From Eledone cirrhosa (Eukaryota), in assembly GCA_964016885.1 (NCBI GenBank), contig OZ024759.1:2976001-3040000 (forward strand): DNA of 64,000 nucleotides, read 5' to 3'. A model generated the notes under the pieces. That model was not told the DNA's origin. It saw only the letters and a list, made by a program, of their open reading frames with translations, and did not search any database. Shown here one piece after another: positions 36,860 to 51,800 of the stretch; position 1 is the stretch's first letter, and each line of letters starts with the position of its first letter. Position numbers and translations under genes: made by a program.

Positions 36860-39800
36860 TATAGTGATACAGTGTACTGTAGTTAAGTGTGGTGTGATAT
36901 AGTGTACTGTAGTCTAGTATGGTGTGATATAGTGTACTATAGTCTCATGTGGTGTGATATAGTATACAGTAGTCAAGTGTGGTGTGATATAGTGTACTGT
37001 AGTCTAATGTGCTGTAATATAGTGTAATGTAGTCTAATGTGGTGTGTTATAGTGTACTGTAGTCCAGTGTGGTGTGATATAGTGTACTGTAGTCTAATGT
37101 GGTGTGATATAGTGTACTGTAGTCAAGTGTGGTGTGATATAGTGTACTGTAGTCTAATGTGGTGTGATATAGTGTACTGTAGTCTAGTATGGTGTGATAT
37201 AGTGTACTGTAGTCTAGTGTGGTGGCATATAGTGTACTGTAGTCTAATGTGGTGTGATATAGTGTACTGTAGTCTAGTATGGTGTGATATAGTGTACTGT
37301 AGTCCAGTGTGGTGTGATATAGTGTACTGTAGTCTAATGTGGTGTGATATAGTGTACTGTAGTCAAGTGTGGTGTGATATAGTGTACTGTAGTCTAGTGT
37401 GGTGTGATATAGTGTACTGTAGTTTAGTGTGGTGTGATATAGTGTACTGTAGTTTAGTGTGGTGTGATATAGTGTACTGTAGTCTAATGTGGTGTGATAT
37501 AGTGTAATGTAGTCTAATGTGGTGTGATATAGTGTACTGTAGTCTCATGTGGTGTGAAATAGTGTAATGTAGTCTAGTGTGGTGTGATATAGTGTACTGT
37601 AGTCTAATGTGGTGTGATATAGTGTACTGTAGTCTCATGTGGTGTGATATAGTGTACTGTAGTCTAGTGTGGTGTGATATAGTGTAATGTAGTCTAGTGT
37701 GGTGTGATATAGTGTACTGTAGTCTAATGTGGTGTGATATAGCGTACTGTAGTCTAGTGTAGTGTGATAAGGTGTACTGTAGTCTAGTGTGGTGTGATGT
37801 AGTGTACTGTAGTCCAATGTGGTGTGATATAGTGTACTGTAGTCTAGTGTGGTGTGATATAGTGTACTGTAGTCTAGTGTGGTGTGATATAGTGTACTGT
37901 AGTCCAATGTGGTGTGATATAGTGTACTGTAGTCTAGTGTGGTGTGATATAGTGTATGGTAGTCTAGTATGGTGTGATATAGTGTACTGTAGTCCAATGT
38001 GGTGTGATATAGTGTACTGTAGTCTAGTGTGGTGTGATATAGTGTACTGTAGTCTAGTGTTGTGTGATATAGTGTACGGTAGTCTAGTGTGGTGTGATAT
38101 TGTGTATTGTAGTCTAATGTGGTATGATATAGTGTATTGTATTCTAGTTTGGTGTGATATTGTGTACTGTAGTCTAATGTGGTGTACTATAGTGTACTGT
38201 ACACTAGTGTGGTGTGATATAGTGTACTGAAGTGTAGTGTGGTGTGATATAGTGTACTGTAGTCTAGCGTGGTGTGACATAGTGTACTGTAGTCTAGTGT
38301 GGTGTGATATAGTGTACTGTAGTCTAGTGTGCTGTGATATAGTGTACTGTAGTCTAGTGTGGTGTGATATTGTGTACTGTAGTCTAGTGTGGTGTGCTAT
38401 AGTGTACTGTAGTCTAGTATGGTGTGATATAGTGTACTGTAGTCCAGTGTGGTGTGATATAGTGTACTGTAGTCCAGTGTGGTGTGATATAGTGTACTGC
38501 AGTCCAATGTGATGTGATATAGTGTACTGTAGTCTAGAGTGATGTGATATAGTGTATTGTAGTCTAATGTGGTGTGATATAATGTACTGTAGTCTAGTGT
38601 GGTGTGATATAGTGTACTGTAGTCTAGTGCGGTGACATATAGTGTACTGTAGTCCAATGTGGTGTGATATAGTGTACTGTAGTCTAATGTGGTGTGATAT
38701 AATGTAAAGTAGTCTAGTGTGGTGTGATAGAGTGTACTGTAGTCTAATGTGATGTGATATAATGTAACGTAGTCTAGTGTGGTGTGATCTAGTGTACTGT
38801 AGTCTAATGTGGTGTGATATAGTGTACTGTAGTCTAATGTGGTGTGATATAATGTACTGTAGTCTAGTGTGGTGTGATATAATGTACTGTAGTCTAGTGT
38901 GGTGTGATATAGTGTACTGTAGTCAAGTGTGGTGTGATATAGTGGACTGTAGTCTAATGTGGTGTGATATAGTGTACTGTAGTCTAATGTGGTGTGATAT
39001 AATGTACTGTAGTCCAGCGTGGTGTGATATAGTGTACTGTAGTCTAATGTAGTGTGATATAGTGTACTGTAGTTTAGTATGGTGTGATATAGTGTACTGT
39101 AGTCTAGTGTGGTGTGATATAGTGTACTGTGGTCTAGTGTGGTGTGATATAGTGTACTGTAGTCTAGTGTGGTGTGATATAGTGTACTGTAGTCCAATGT
39201 GGTGTGATATAGTGTACTGTAGTCTAGTGTGGTGTGATATAGTGTATGGTAGTCCAGTGTGGTGTGATATTGTGTACTGTAGTCTAATGTGGTGTGATAT
39301 AGTGTACTGTAGTCCAATGTGGTGTGATATAGTGAACTGTAGTCTAATGTGGTCTGATATTGTGTACTGTAGTCTAGTGTGGTGTGCTATAGTGTACTGT
39401 AGTCTAGTATGGTGTGATATAGTGTACTGTAGTCCAGTGTGGTGTGATATAGTGTACTGTAGTCCAGTGTGGTGTGATATAGTGTACTGCAGTCCAATGT
39501 GATGTGATATAGTGTACTGTAGTCTAGTGTGATGTGATATAGTGTATTGTAGTCTAGCGTGGTGTGACATAGTGTACTGTAGTCTAGTGTGGTGTGATAT
39601 AGTGTACTGTAGTCTAGTGTGCTGTGATATAGTGTACTGTAGTCTAGTGTGGTGTGATATTGTGTACTGTAGTCTAGTGTGGTGTGCTATAGTGTACTGT
39701 AGTCTAGTATGGTGTGATATAGTGTACTGTAGTCCAGTGTGGTGTGATATAGTGTACTGTAGTCCAGTGTGGTGTGATATAGTGTACTGCAGTCCAATGT

Positions 39801-42800
39801 GATGTGATATAGTGTACTGTAGTCTAGAGTGATGTGATATAGTGTATTGTAGTCTAATGTGGTGTGATATAATGTACTGTAGTCTAGTGTGGTGTGATAT
39901 AGTGTACTGTAGTCTAGTGCGGTGACATATAGTGTACTGTAGTCCAATGTGGTGTGATATAGTGTACTGTAGTCTAATGTGGTGTGATATAATGTAAAGT
40001 AGTCTAGTGTGGTGTGATAGAGTGTACTGTAGTCTAATGTGATGTGATATAATGTAACGTAGTCTAGTGTGGTGTGATCTAGTGTACTGTAGTCTAATGT
40101 GGTGTGATATAGTGTACTGTAGTCTAATGTGGTGTGATATAATGTACTGTAGTCTAGTGTGGTGTGATATAATGTACTGTAGTCTAGTGTGGTGTGATAT
40201 AGTGTACTGTAGTCAAGTGTGGTGTGATATAGTGGACTGTAGTCTAATGTGGTGTGATATAGTGTACTGTAGTCTAATGTGGTGTGATATAATGTACTGT
40301 AGTCCAGCGTGGTGTGATATAGTGTACTGTAGTCTAATGTAGTGTGATATAGTGTACTGTAGTTTAGTATGGTGTGATATAGTGTACTGTAGTCTAGTGT
40401 GGTGTGATATAGTGTACTGTGGTCTAGTGTGGTGTGATATAGTGTACTGTAGTCTAGTGTGGTGTGATATAGTGTACTGTAGTCCAATGTGGTGTGATAT
40501 AGTGTACTGCAGTCTAGTGTGGTGTGATATAGTGTATGGTAGTCCAGTGTGGTGTGATATTGTGTACTGTAGTCTAATGTGGTGTGATATAGTGTACTGT
40601 AGTCCAATGTGGTGTGATATAGTGAACTGTAGTCTAATGTGGTGTGATATTGTGTACTGTAGTCCAGTGTGGTGTGATATAGTGTACTGTAGTCCAGTGT
40701 GGTGTGATATAGTGTACTGCAGTCCAATGTGATGTGATATAGTGTACTGTAGTCTAGTGTGATGTGATATAGTGTATTGTAGTCTAATGTGGTGTGATAT
40801 AATGTACTGTAGTCTAGTGTGGTGTGATATAGTGTACTGGAGTCTAGTGCGGTGTCATATAGTGTACTGTAGTCCAATGGGGTGTGATATAGTGTACTGT
40901 AGTCTAATGTGGTGTGATATAATGTAATGTAGTCTAGTGTGGTGTGATAGAGTGTACTGTAGTCTAATGTGATGTGATATAATGTAACGTAGTCTAGTGT
41001 GGTGTGATATAGTGTACTGTAGTCTAATGTGGTGTGATATAGTGTACTGTAGCCTAATGTGGTGTGATATAATGTACTGTAGTCTAGTGTGGTGTGATAT
41101 AATGTACTGTAGTCTAGTGTGGTGTGATATAGTGTACTGTAGTCTAGTGCGGTGACATATAGTGTACTGTAGTCCAATGTGGTGTGATATAGTGTACTGT
41201 AGTCTAATGTGGTGTGATATAATGTAAAGTAGTCTAGTGTGGTGTGATAGAGTGTACTGTAGTCTAATGTGATGTGATATAATGTAACGTAGTCTAGTGT
41301 GGTGTGATCTAGTGTACTGTAGTCTAATGTGGTGTGATATAGTGTACTGTAGTCTAATGTGGTGTGATATAATGTACTGTAGTCTAGTGTGGTGTGATAT
41401 AATGTACTGTAGTCTAGTGTGGTGTGATATAGTGTACTGTAGTCAAGTGTGGTGTGATATAGTGTACTGTAGTCTAATGTGGTGTGATATAGTGTACTGT
41501 AATCTAATGTGGTGTGATATAATGTACTGTAGTCCAGCGTGGTGTGATATAGTGTACTGTAGTCTAATGTAGTGTGATACAGTGTACTGTAGTTTAGTAT
41601 GGTGTGATATAGTGTACTGTAGTCTAGTGTGGTGTGATATAGTGTACTGTGGTCTAGTGTGGTGTGATATAGTGTACTGTAGTCTAGTGTGGTGTGATAT
41701 AGTGTACTGTAGTCCAATGTGGTGTGATATAGTGTACTGTAGTCTAGTGTGGTGTGATATAGTGTATGGTAGTCCAGTGTGGTGTGATATTGTGTACTGT
41801 AGTCTAATGTGGTGTGATATAGTGTACTGTAGTCCAATGTGGTGTGATATAGTGAACTGTAGTCTAATGTGGTGTGATATTGTGTACTGTAGTCTAGTGT
41901 GGTGTGCTATAGTGTACTGTAGTCTAGTATGGTGTGATATAGTGTACTGTAGTCCAGTGTGGTGTGATATAGTGTACTGTAGTCCAGTGTGGTGTGATAT
42001 AGTGTACTGCAGTCCAATGTGATGTGATATAGTGTACTGTAGTCTAGTGTGATGTGATATAGTGTATTGTAGTCTAATGTGGTGTGATATAATGTACTGT
42101 AGTCTAGTGTGGTGTGATATAGTGTACTGTAGTCTAGTGCGGTGTCATATAGTGTACTGTAGTCCAATGGGGTGTGATATAGTGTACTGTAGTCTAATGT
42201 GGTGTGATATAATGTAATGTAGTCTAGTGTGGTGTGATAGAGTGTACTGTAGTCTAATGTGATGTGATATAATGTAACGTAGTCTAGTGTGGTGTGATAT
42301 AGTGTACTGTAGTCTAATGTGGTGTGATATAGTGTACTGTAGCCTAATGTGGTGTGATATAATGTACTGTAGTCTAGTGTGGTGTGATATAATGTACTGT
42401 AGTCTAGTGTAGTGTGATATAGTGTACTGTAGTCAAGTGTGGTGTGATATAGTGTACTGTAGTCTAATGTGGTGTGATATAGTGTACTGTAGTCTAATGT
42501 GGTGTGATATAATGTACTGTAGTCCAGTGTGGTGTGATATAGTGTACTGTAGTCTAATGTAGTGTGATATAGTGTACTGTAGTTTAGTATGGTGTGATAT
42601 AGTGTACTGTAGTCTAGTGTGGTGTGATATAGTGTACCGTGGTCTAGTGTGGTGTGATATAGTGTACTGTAGTCTAGTGTGGTGTGATATAGTGTACTGT
42701 AGTCCAATGTGGTGTGATATAGTGTACTGTAGTCTAGTGTGGTGTGATATAGTGTATGGTAGTCCAGTGTGGTGTGATATTGTGTACTGTAGTCTAATGT

Positions 42801-45800
42801 GGTGGGATATAGTGTACTGTAGTCCAATGTGGTGTGATATAGTGAACTGTAGTCTAATGTGGTGTGATATTGTGTACTGTAGTCTAGTGTGGTGTGCTAT
42901 AGTGTACTGTAGTCTAGTATGGTGTGATATAGTGTACTGTAGTCCAGTGTGGTGTGATATAGTGTACTGTAGTCCAGTGTGGTGTGATATAGTGTACTGC
43001 AGTCCAATGTGATGTGATATAGTGTACTGTAGTCTAGTGTGATGTGATATAGTGTATTGTAGTCTAATGTGGTGTGATATAATGTACTGTAGTCTAGTGT
43101 GGTGTGATATAGTGTACTGTAGTCTAGTGCGGTGTCATATAGTGTACTGTAGTCCAATGGGGTGTGATATAGTGTACTGTAGTCTAATGTGGTGTGATAT
43201 AATGTAATGTAGTCTAGTGTGGTGTGATAGAGTGTACTGTAGTCTAATGTGATGTGATATAATGTAACGTAGTCTAGTGTGGTGTGATATAGTGTACTGT
43301 AGTCTAATGTGGTGTGATATAGTGTACTGTAGCCTAATGTGGTGTGATATAATGTACTGTAGTCTAGTGTGGTGTGATATAATGTACTGTAGTCTAGTGT
43401 GGTGTGATATAGTGTACTGTAGTCAAGTGTGGTGTGATATAGTGTACTGTAGTCTAATGTGGTGTGATATAGTGTACTGTAGTCTAATGTGGTGTGATAT
43501 AATGTACTGTAGTCCAGTGTGGTGTGATATAGTGTACTGTAGTCTAATGTAGTGTGATATAGTGTACTGTAGTTTAGTATGGTGTGATATAGTGTACTGT
43601 AGTCTAGTGTGGTGTGATATAGTGTACTGTGGTCTAGTGTGGTGTGATATAGTGTACTGTAGTCTAGTGTGGTGTGATATAGTGTACTGTAGTCCAATGT
43701 GGTGTGATATAGTGTACTGTAGTCTAGTGTGGTGTGATATAGTGTATGGTAGTCCAGTGTGGTGTGATATTGTGTACTGTAGTCTAATGTGGTGTGATAT
43801 AGTGTACTGTAGTCTAGTGTGGTGTGATATTGTGTACTGTAGTCTAGTGTGGTGTGCTATAGTGTACTGTAGTCTAGTATGGTGTGATATAGTGTACTGT
43901 AGTCCAGTGTGGTGTGATATAGTGTATGGTAGTCCAGTGTGGTGTGATATTGTGTACTGTAGTCCAATGTGGTGTGATATAGTGAACTGTAGTCTAATGT
44001 GGTGTGATATTGTGTACTGTAGTCTAGTGTGGTGTGCTATAGTGTACTGTAGTCTAGTATGGTGTGATATAGTGTACTGTAGTCCAGTGTGGTGTGATAT
44101 AGTGTACTGCAGTCCAATGTGGTGTGATATAGTGTACTGTAGTCTAGTGTGGTGTGATATAGTGTACTGTAGTCCAGTGTGGTGTGATATAGTGTACTGT
44201 AGTCTAGCGTGGTGTGACATAGTGTACTGTAGTCTAGTGTGGTGTGATATAGTGTACTGTAGTCTAGTGTGGTGTGATATAGTGTACTGTAGTCTAGTGT
44301 GGTGTGATATAGTTTACTGTAGTCTAGTGTGGTGTGCTATAGTGTACTGTAGTCTAGTATGGTGTGATATAGTGTACTGTAGTCCAGTGTGGTGTGATAT
44401 AGTGTACTGTAGTCCAGTGTGGTGTGATATAGTGTACTGCAGTCCAATGTGATGTGATATAGTGTACTGTAGTCTAGTGTGGTGTGATATAGTGTACTGT
44501 AGTCTAATGTGGTGTGATATAGTGTACTGTAGTCTAGTGTGGTGTGACATAGTGTACTGTAGTCTAGTGTGATGTGATATAGTGTACTGTAGTATAATGT
44601 GGTGTGATATAGTGTACTGCAGTCTAATGTGGTGTAATATAGTGTACTGTAGTCTAATGTGGTGTGATATAATGTACTGTAGTCTAGTGTGGTGTGATAT
44701 AGTGTACTGTAGTCCAATGTGGTGTGATATAGTGTACTGTAGTCTAATGTGATGTGATATAATGTAACGTAGTCTAGTGTGGTGTGATATAGTGTACTGT
44801 AGTCTAATGTGGTGTGATATAGTGTACTGTAGTCTAATGTGGTGTGATATAATGTACTGTAGTCCAGTGTGGTGTGATATAGTGTACTGTAGTCTAATGT
44901 AGTGTGATATAGTGTACTGTAGTCTAATGTGGTGTGATATAGTGTACTGTAGTTTAGTATGGTGTGATATACTGTACTGTAGTCTAGTGTGGTGTGATAT
45001 AGTGTACCGTGGTCTAGTGTGGTGTGATATAGTGTACTGTTGTCTAGTGTGGTATGATATCGCGTACTGTAGTCAAGTGTGGTGTGATATAGTGTACTGT
45101 AGTTTAGTATGGTGTGATATAGTGTACTGTAGTCTAATGTGGTGTGATATAGTTTACTGTAGTCTAGTGTGATGTGATATTTGTGTACTGTAGTCCAATG
45201 TGATGTGATATAGTGTACTGTAGTCTAGTGTGGTGTGATATAGTGTAGTGTAGTCTAGTGTGGTGTGATATAGTGTACTGTAGTCTAGTGTGGTGTAATA
45301 TAGTGTACTGTAGTCTAATGTGGTGTGATATAGTGTAGTGTAGTCAAGTGTGGTGTGATATAGTGTACTATATTCTAGTGTGGTGTGATATAGTGTACTG
45401 TAGTCCAATGTGATGTGATATAGTGTAGTGTAGTCTAGTGTGTTGTGATATAGTGTACTGTAGTTTAGTATGGTGTGATATAGTGTACTGTAGTCTAGTG
45501 TGGTGTACTGTAGTCTAGTTTGGTGTGATATAGTGTACTGTAGTTTAGTATGGTGTGATATAGTGTACTGCAGTCTAGTGTGGTGTGATATAGTGTACTA
45601 TAATCTAATTTGGTGTGATATAGTGTACTGTAGTCTAGTGTGGTGTGATATAGTGTACTGTAGTCTAGTGTGGTGTGATATTGTGTACTGTAGTATAGTG
45701 TGGTGTGATATAGTGTACTGTAGTCTAGTATGGTGTGATATAGTGTAGTGTAGTCTAGTGTGGTGTGATATAGTGTACTGTAGTCTAGTGTGGTGTGATA

Positions 45801-48800
45801 TAGTGTACTGTAGTTTAGTATGGTGTGATATAGTGTACTGTAGTCTAGTGTGGTGTACTGTAGTCTAGTTTCGTGTGATATAGTGTACTGTAGTTTAGTA
45901 TGGTGTGATATAGTGTACTGCAGTCTAGTGTGGTGTGATATAGTGTACTGCAGTCTAGTGTGGTGTGATATAGTATACTGTAGTCTAGTGTGGTGTGATA
46001 TAGTGTACTGTAGTCTAATGTGGTGTGATATTGTGTACTGTAGTATAGTGTGGTGTGATATAGTGTACTGTAGTCTAGTATGGTGTGATATAGTGTAGTG
46101 TAGTCTAGTGTGGTGTGATATAGTGTACTGTAGTTTAGTATGGTGTGATATAGTGTACTGTAGTCTAGTATGGTGTGATATAGTGTACTGTAGTCTAGTG
46201 TGGTGTGATATAGTGTACTGTAGTCTAATGTGGTGTGATACAGTGTACTGTAGTCTAATGAGGTGTGATATAGTGTACTGTAGTCTAATGTGGTGTGATA
46301 TAGTTTACTGCAATCTAGTGTGGTGTGATATAGTGTACTGTAGTCTAGTGTGGTGTGATTTAGTGTACTGTAGTCCAGTGTGGTGTGATATACTTTACTG
46401 CAATCTAGTGTGTTGTGATATAGTGTACTGTAGTCTAGTGTGGTGTAATATAGTGTACTGTAGTCCAATGTGGTGTGATATAGTGTACTGTAGTCTAGTG
46501 TGGTGTGATATAGTGTACTGTAGTCCAATGTGGTGTGATATAGTGTACTGTAGTCTAGTGTGGTGTGATATAGTGTACTGTAGTCCAATGTGGTGTGATA
46601 TTGTAGTCTAACGTGGTGTGATATAGTGTACTGTAGTCCAGTGTGGTGTGATATAGTGTACTGTATTCTAGTGTGGTGTGATATAGTGTACTGTACTCCA
46701 GTGTGGTGTGATATAGAGTACTGTAGTCTAATGTGGTGTGATAAAATGTACTGTAGTCCAATGTTGTGACATAGTGTACTGTAGTCCAATGTGGTGTGAT
46801 ATAGCGTACTGTAGTCTAATGTGAAGTGATATAGAGCAATGTAGTCTAGTGTGGTGTGATATAGTGTACTGTAGTCTAGTGTGGTGTGATATAGTGTACT
46901 GCAGTCTCATGTGGTGTGATATAGTGTACTGTGTTCAAATGTGTCGTGATATAGTGTACTGTAGTCTAGTGTGGTGTGATATAGTGTACTGTAGTATAGT
47001 GTGGTGTGATATAGTGTACTATTATCTAATGTGGTGTGGTAAAATCTAGTGTATTCTAGTGTGGTGTGATAGTGTACTGTAGTCTAGTGTGGTGTGATAT
47101 AGTGTACTGCAGTAGTGTGGTGTGATATTGTGTACTGTAGTCTAGTGTGGTGTGATATTGTGTACTGTATGCTAGTGTGATGTGATATAGTGTACTGTAG
47201 TCTAGTGTGGTGTGATATAGTGTACTGTAGTCTAGTGTGGTGTGATATAGTGTACTGTAGTCCAGTGTGGTGTGATATAGTGTACTGTTATCTAGTGTGG
47301 TGTGATATAGTGTACTGTAGTCCAGTGTGGTGTGATATAGTGTACTGTAGTCCAGTGTGGTGTGATATAGTTTACTGCAATCTAGTGTGGTGTGATATAG
47401 TGTACTATAGTCTAGTGTGGTGTGATATAGTGTACTGTAGTCCAGTGTGGTGTGATATAGTTTACTGCAATCTAGTGTGGTGTGATACAGTGTACTGTAG
47501 TCTAGTGTGGTGGGATATAGTGTACTGTAGTCTAATGTGGTGTGATATAGTGTACTGAAGTCTAGTGTGGTGTGATATAGTGTACTGTAGTCTAGTGTGG
47601 TGTGATATAGTGTACTGTAGTCCAGTGTGGTTTGATATAGTGTACTGTAGTCTAATGTGGTGTGATATAGTGTACTGTAGTCTAGTGTGGTGTGATATAG
47701 TGTACTGTAGTCTAGTGTGGTGTGATATAGTGTACTGTAGTCTAGTGTGGTGTGATATAGTGTACTGTAGTCTAGTGTGGTGTGATATAGTGTACTGTAG
47801 TCTAATCTGGTGTGATATAGTGTACTGTAGTCTAGTGTGGTGTGATATAGTGTACTGTAGTCTAGTGTGGTGTGATATTGTGTACCGTAGTCTAGTGTGG
47901 TGTGATATAGTGTACAGTAGTATAATGTGGTGTGATATAGTGTACTGTAGTCTAGTGTGGTGTGATATAGTGCACTGTAGTCAAGTGTGGTGTGATATAG
48001 CGTACTGTAGTCTAGTGTGGTGTGATATAGTGTACTGTAGTCTAATGTGGTGTGATATAGTGTACTGTAGTTTAGTGTGGTGTGATATAGTGTACTGTAG
48101 TCTAGTGTGGTGTGATATAGTGTACTGTAGTCTCATGTGGTGTGATATAATGTACTGTAGTCTAGTATGGTGTGATATAGTGTACTGTAGTCCAATGTGG
48201 TGTGATATAGTGCACTGTAGTCAAGTGTGGTGTGATATAGTGCACTGTAGTCAAGTGTGGTGTGATATAGTGTACTGTAGTCTAGTGTGGTGTGATATAG
48301 TGTACTGTAGTCTAGTGTGGTGTGATATAGTGTACTGTAGTCCACTGTGGTGTGATATAGTGTACTGTAGTCTAGGGTGGTGTGATATAGTGTACTGTAG
48401 TCCAGTGTGGTGTGATATATTTTACTGCAATCTAGTGTGGTGTGATATAATGTACTGTAGTCTAGAGTGGTGGGATATAGTGTACTGTAGTCTAATGTGG
48501 TTTGATATAGTGTACTGAAGTCTAGTGTGGTGTGATATAGTGTACTGTAGTCTAATGTGGTGTGATATAGTGTACTGAAGTCTAGTGTGGTGTGATATAG
48601 TGTACTGTAGTCTAATGTGGTGTGATATAGTGTACTGTAGTCCAGTGTGGTGTGATATAGTGTACTGTAGTGTAGTGGGGTGTGATATAATGTATTGTAG
48701 TCCAGTGTGGTGTGATATAGTGTACTGTAGTCTAATGTGGTGTGATATAGTGTACTGTAGTCCAGTGTGGTGTGATATAGTGTACTGTAATCTAGTGTGG

Positions 48801-51800
48801 TGTGATATAGTGTACTGTAGTCCAGTGTGGTGTGATATAGTGTACTGTAGTCTAATGTGGTGTAATATAGTGTACTGTAGTCTAGTGTGGTGTGATATAG
48901 TGTACTGTAGTCTAGTGTGGTGTGATATAGTGTACTGTAGTCTAGTGTGGTGTGATATAGTGTACTGTAGTCTGGTGTGGTGTGATATAGTGTACTGTAG
49001 TCTAGTGTGGTGTGATATAGTGTACTGTAGTCTAGTGTGGTGTGATATAGTGTACTTCAGTTTAGTATGGTGTGATATAGTGTACTGCAGTCTAGTGTGG
49101 TGTGATATAGTGTACTGTAGTCTAATGTGGTGTGATATAGTGTACTGTAGTCTAGTATGGTGTGATATAGTGTACTGTAGTCCAATGTGGTGTGATATAG
49201 TGTACTGTAGTCTAGTGTGGTGTGATATAGTGTACTGTAGTCCAATGTGGTGATATAGTGTACTGTAGTCTAGTGTGGTGTGATATAGTGTACTGTAGTC
49301 CAATGTGGTGTGATATTGTAGTCTAACGTGGTGTGATATAGTGTACTGTAGTCCAGTGTGGTGTGATATAGTGTACTGTAGTCTAGTGTGGTGTGATATA
49401 GTGTACTGTACTCCAGTGTGGTGTGATATAGAGTACTGTAGTCTAATGTGGTGTGATAAAATGTACTGTAGTCCAATGTTGTGACATAGTGTACTGTAGT
49501 CCAATGTGGTGTGATATAGCGTACTGTAGTCTAATGTGAAGTGATATAGAGCAATGTAGTCTAGTGTGGTGTGATATAGTGTACTGTAGTCTAGTGTGGT
49601 GTGATATAGTGTACTGCAGTCTCATGTGGTGTGATATAGTGTACTGTATTCAAATGTGTCGTGATATAGTGTACTGTAGTCTAGTGTGGTGTGATATAGT
49701 GTACTGTAGTATAGTGTGGTGTGATATAGTGTACTATTATCTAATGTGGTGTGGTAAAATCTAGTGTATTCTAGTGTGGTGTGATAGTGTACTCTAGTCT
49801 AGTGTGGTGTGATATAGTGTACTGCAGTAGTGTGGTGTGATATTGTGTACTGTAGTCTAGTGTGGTGTGATATTGTGTACTGTATGCTAGTGTGATGTGA
49901 TATAGTGTACTGTAGTCTAGTGTGGTGTGATATAGTGTACTGTAGTCTAGTGTGGTGTGATATAGTGTACTGTAGTCCAGTGTGGTGTGATATAGTGTAC
50001 TGTTATCTAGTGTGGTGTGATATAGTGTACTGTAGTCCAGTGTGGTGTGATATAGTGTACTGTAGTCCAGTGTGGTGTGATATAGTTTACTGCAATCTAG
50101 TGTGGTGTGATATAGTGTACTATAGTCTAGTGTGGTGTGATATAGTGTACTGTAGTCCAGTGTGGTGTGATATAGTTTACTGCAATCTAGTGTGGTGTGA
50201 TACAGTGTACTGTAGTCTAGTGTGGTGGGATATAGTGTACTGTAGTCTAATGTGGTGTGATATAGTGTACTGAAGTCTAGTGTGGTGTGATATAGTGTAC
50301 TGTAGTCTAGTGTGGTGTGATATAGTGTACTGTAGTCTAATGTGGTGTAATATAGTGTACTGTAGTCTAATGTGGTGTGATATAATGTACTGTAGTCTAG
50401 TGTGGTGTGATATAGTGTACTGTAGTCCAATGTGGTGTGATATAGTGTACTGTAGTCTAATGTGATGTGATATAATGTAACGTAGTCTAGTGTGGTGTGA
50501 TATAGTGTACTGTAGTCTAATGTGGTGTGATATAGTGTACTGTAGTCTAATGTGGTGTGATATAATGTACTGTAGTCCAGTGTGGTGTGATATAGTGTAC
50601 TGTAGTCTAATGTAGTGTGATATAGTGTACTGTAGTCTAATGTGGTGTGATATAGTGTACTGTAGTTTAGTATGGTGTGATATACTGTACTGTAGTCTAG
50701 TGTGGTGTGATATAGTGTACCGTGGTCTAGTGTGGTGTGATATAGTGTACTGTTGTCTAGTGTGGTATGATATCGCGTACTGTAGTCAAGTGTGGTGTGA
50801 TATAGTGTACTGTAGTTTAGTATGGTGTGATATAGTGTACTGTAGTCTAATGTGGTGTGATATAGTTTACTGTAGTCTAGTGTGATGTGATATTTGTGTA
50901 CTGTAGTCCAATGTGATGTGATATAGTGTACTGTAGTCTAGTGTGGTGTGATATAGTGTAGTGTAGTCTAGTGTGGTGTGATATAGTGTACTGTAGTCTA
51001 GTGTGGTGTAATATAGTGTACTGTAGTCTAATGTGGTGTGATATAGTGTAGTGTAGTCAAGTGTGGTGTGATATAGTGTACTATATTCTAGTGTGGTGTG
51101 ATATAGTGTACTGTAGTCCAATGTGATGTGATATAGTGTAGTGTAGTCTAGTGTGTTGTGATATAGTGTACTGTAGTTTAGTATGGTGTGATATAGTGTA
51201 CTGTAGTCTAGTGTGGTGTACTGTAGTCTAGTTTGGTGTGATATAGTGTACTGTAGTTTAGTATGGTGTGATATAGTGTACTGCAGTCTAGTGTGGTGTG
51301 ATATAGTGTACTATAATCTAATTTGGTGTGATATAGTGTACTGTAGTCTAGTGTGGTGTGATATAGTGTACTGTAGTCTAGTGTGGTGTGATATTGTGTA
51401 CTGTAGTATAGTGTGGTGTGATATAGTGTACTGTAGTCTAGTATGGTGTGATATAGTGTAGTGTAGTCTAGTGTGGTGTGATATAGTGTACTGTAGTCTA
51501 GTGTGGTGTGATATAGTGTACTGTAGTTTAGTATGGTGTGATATAGTGTACTGTAGTCTAGTGTGGTGTACTGTAGTCTAGTTTCGTGTGATATAGTGTA
51601 CTGTAGTTTAGTATGGTGTGATATAGTGTACTGCAGTCTAGTGTGGTGTGATATAGTGTACTGCAGTCTAGTGTGGTGTGATATAGTATACTGTAGTCTA
51701 GTGTGGTGTGATATAGTGTACTGTAGTCTAATGTGGTGTGATATTGTGTACTGTAGTATAGTGTGGTGTGATATAGTGTACTGTAGTCTAGTATGGTGTG

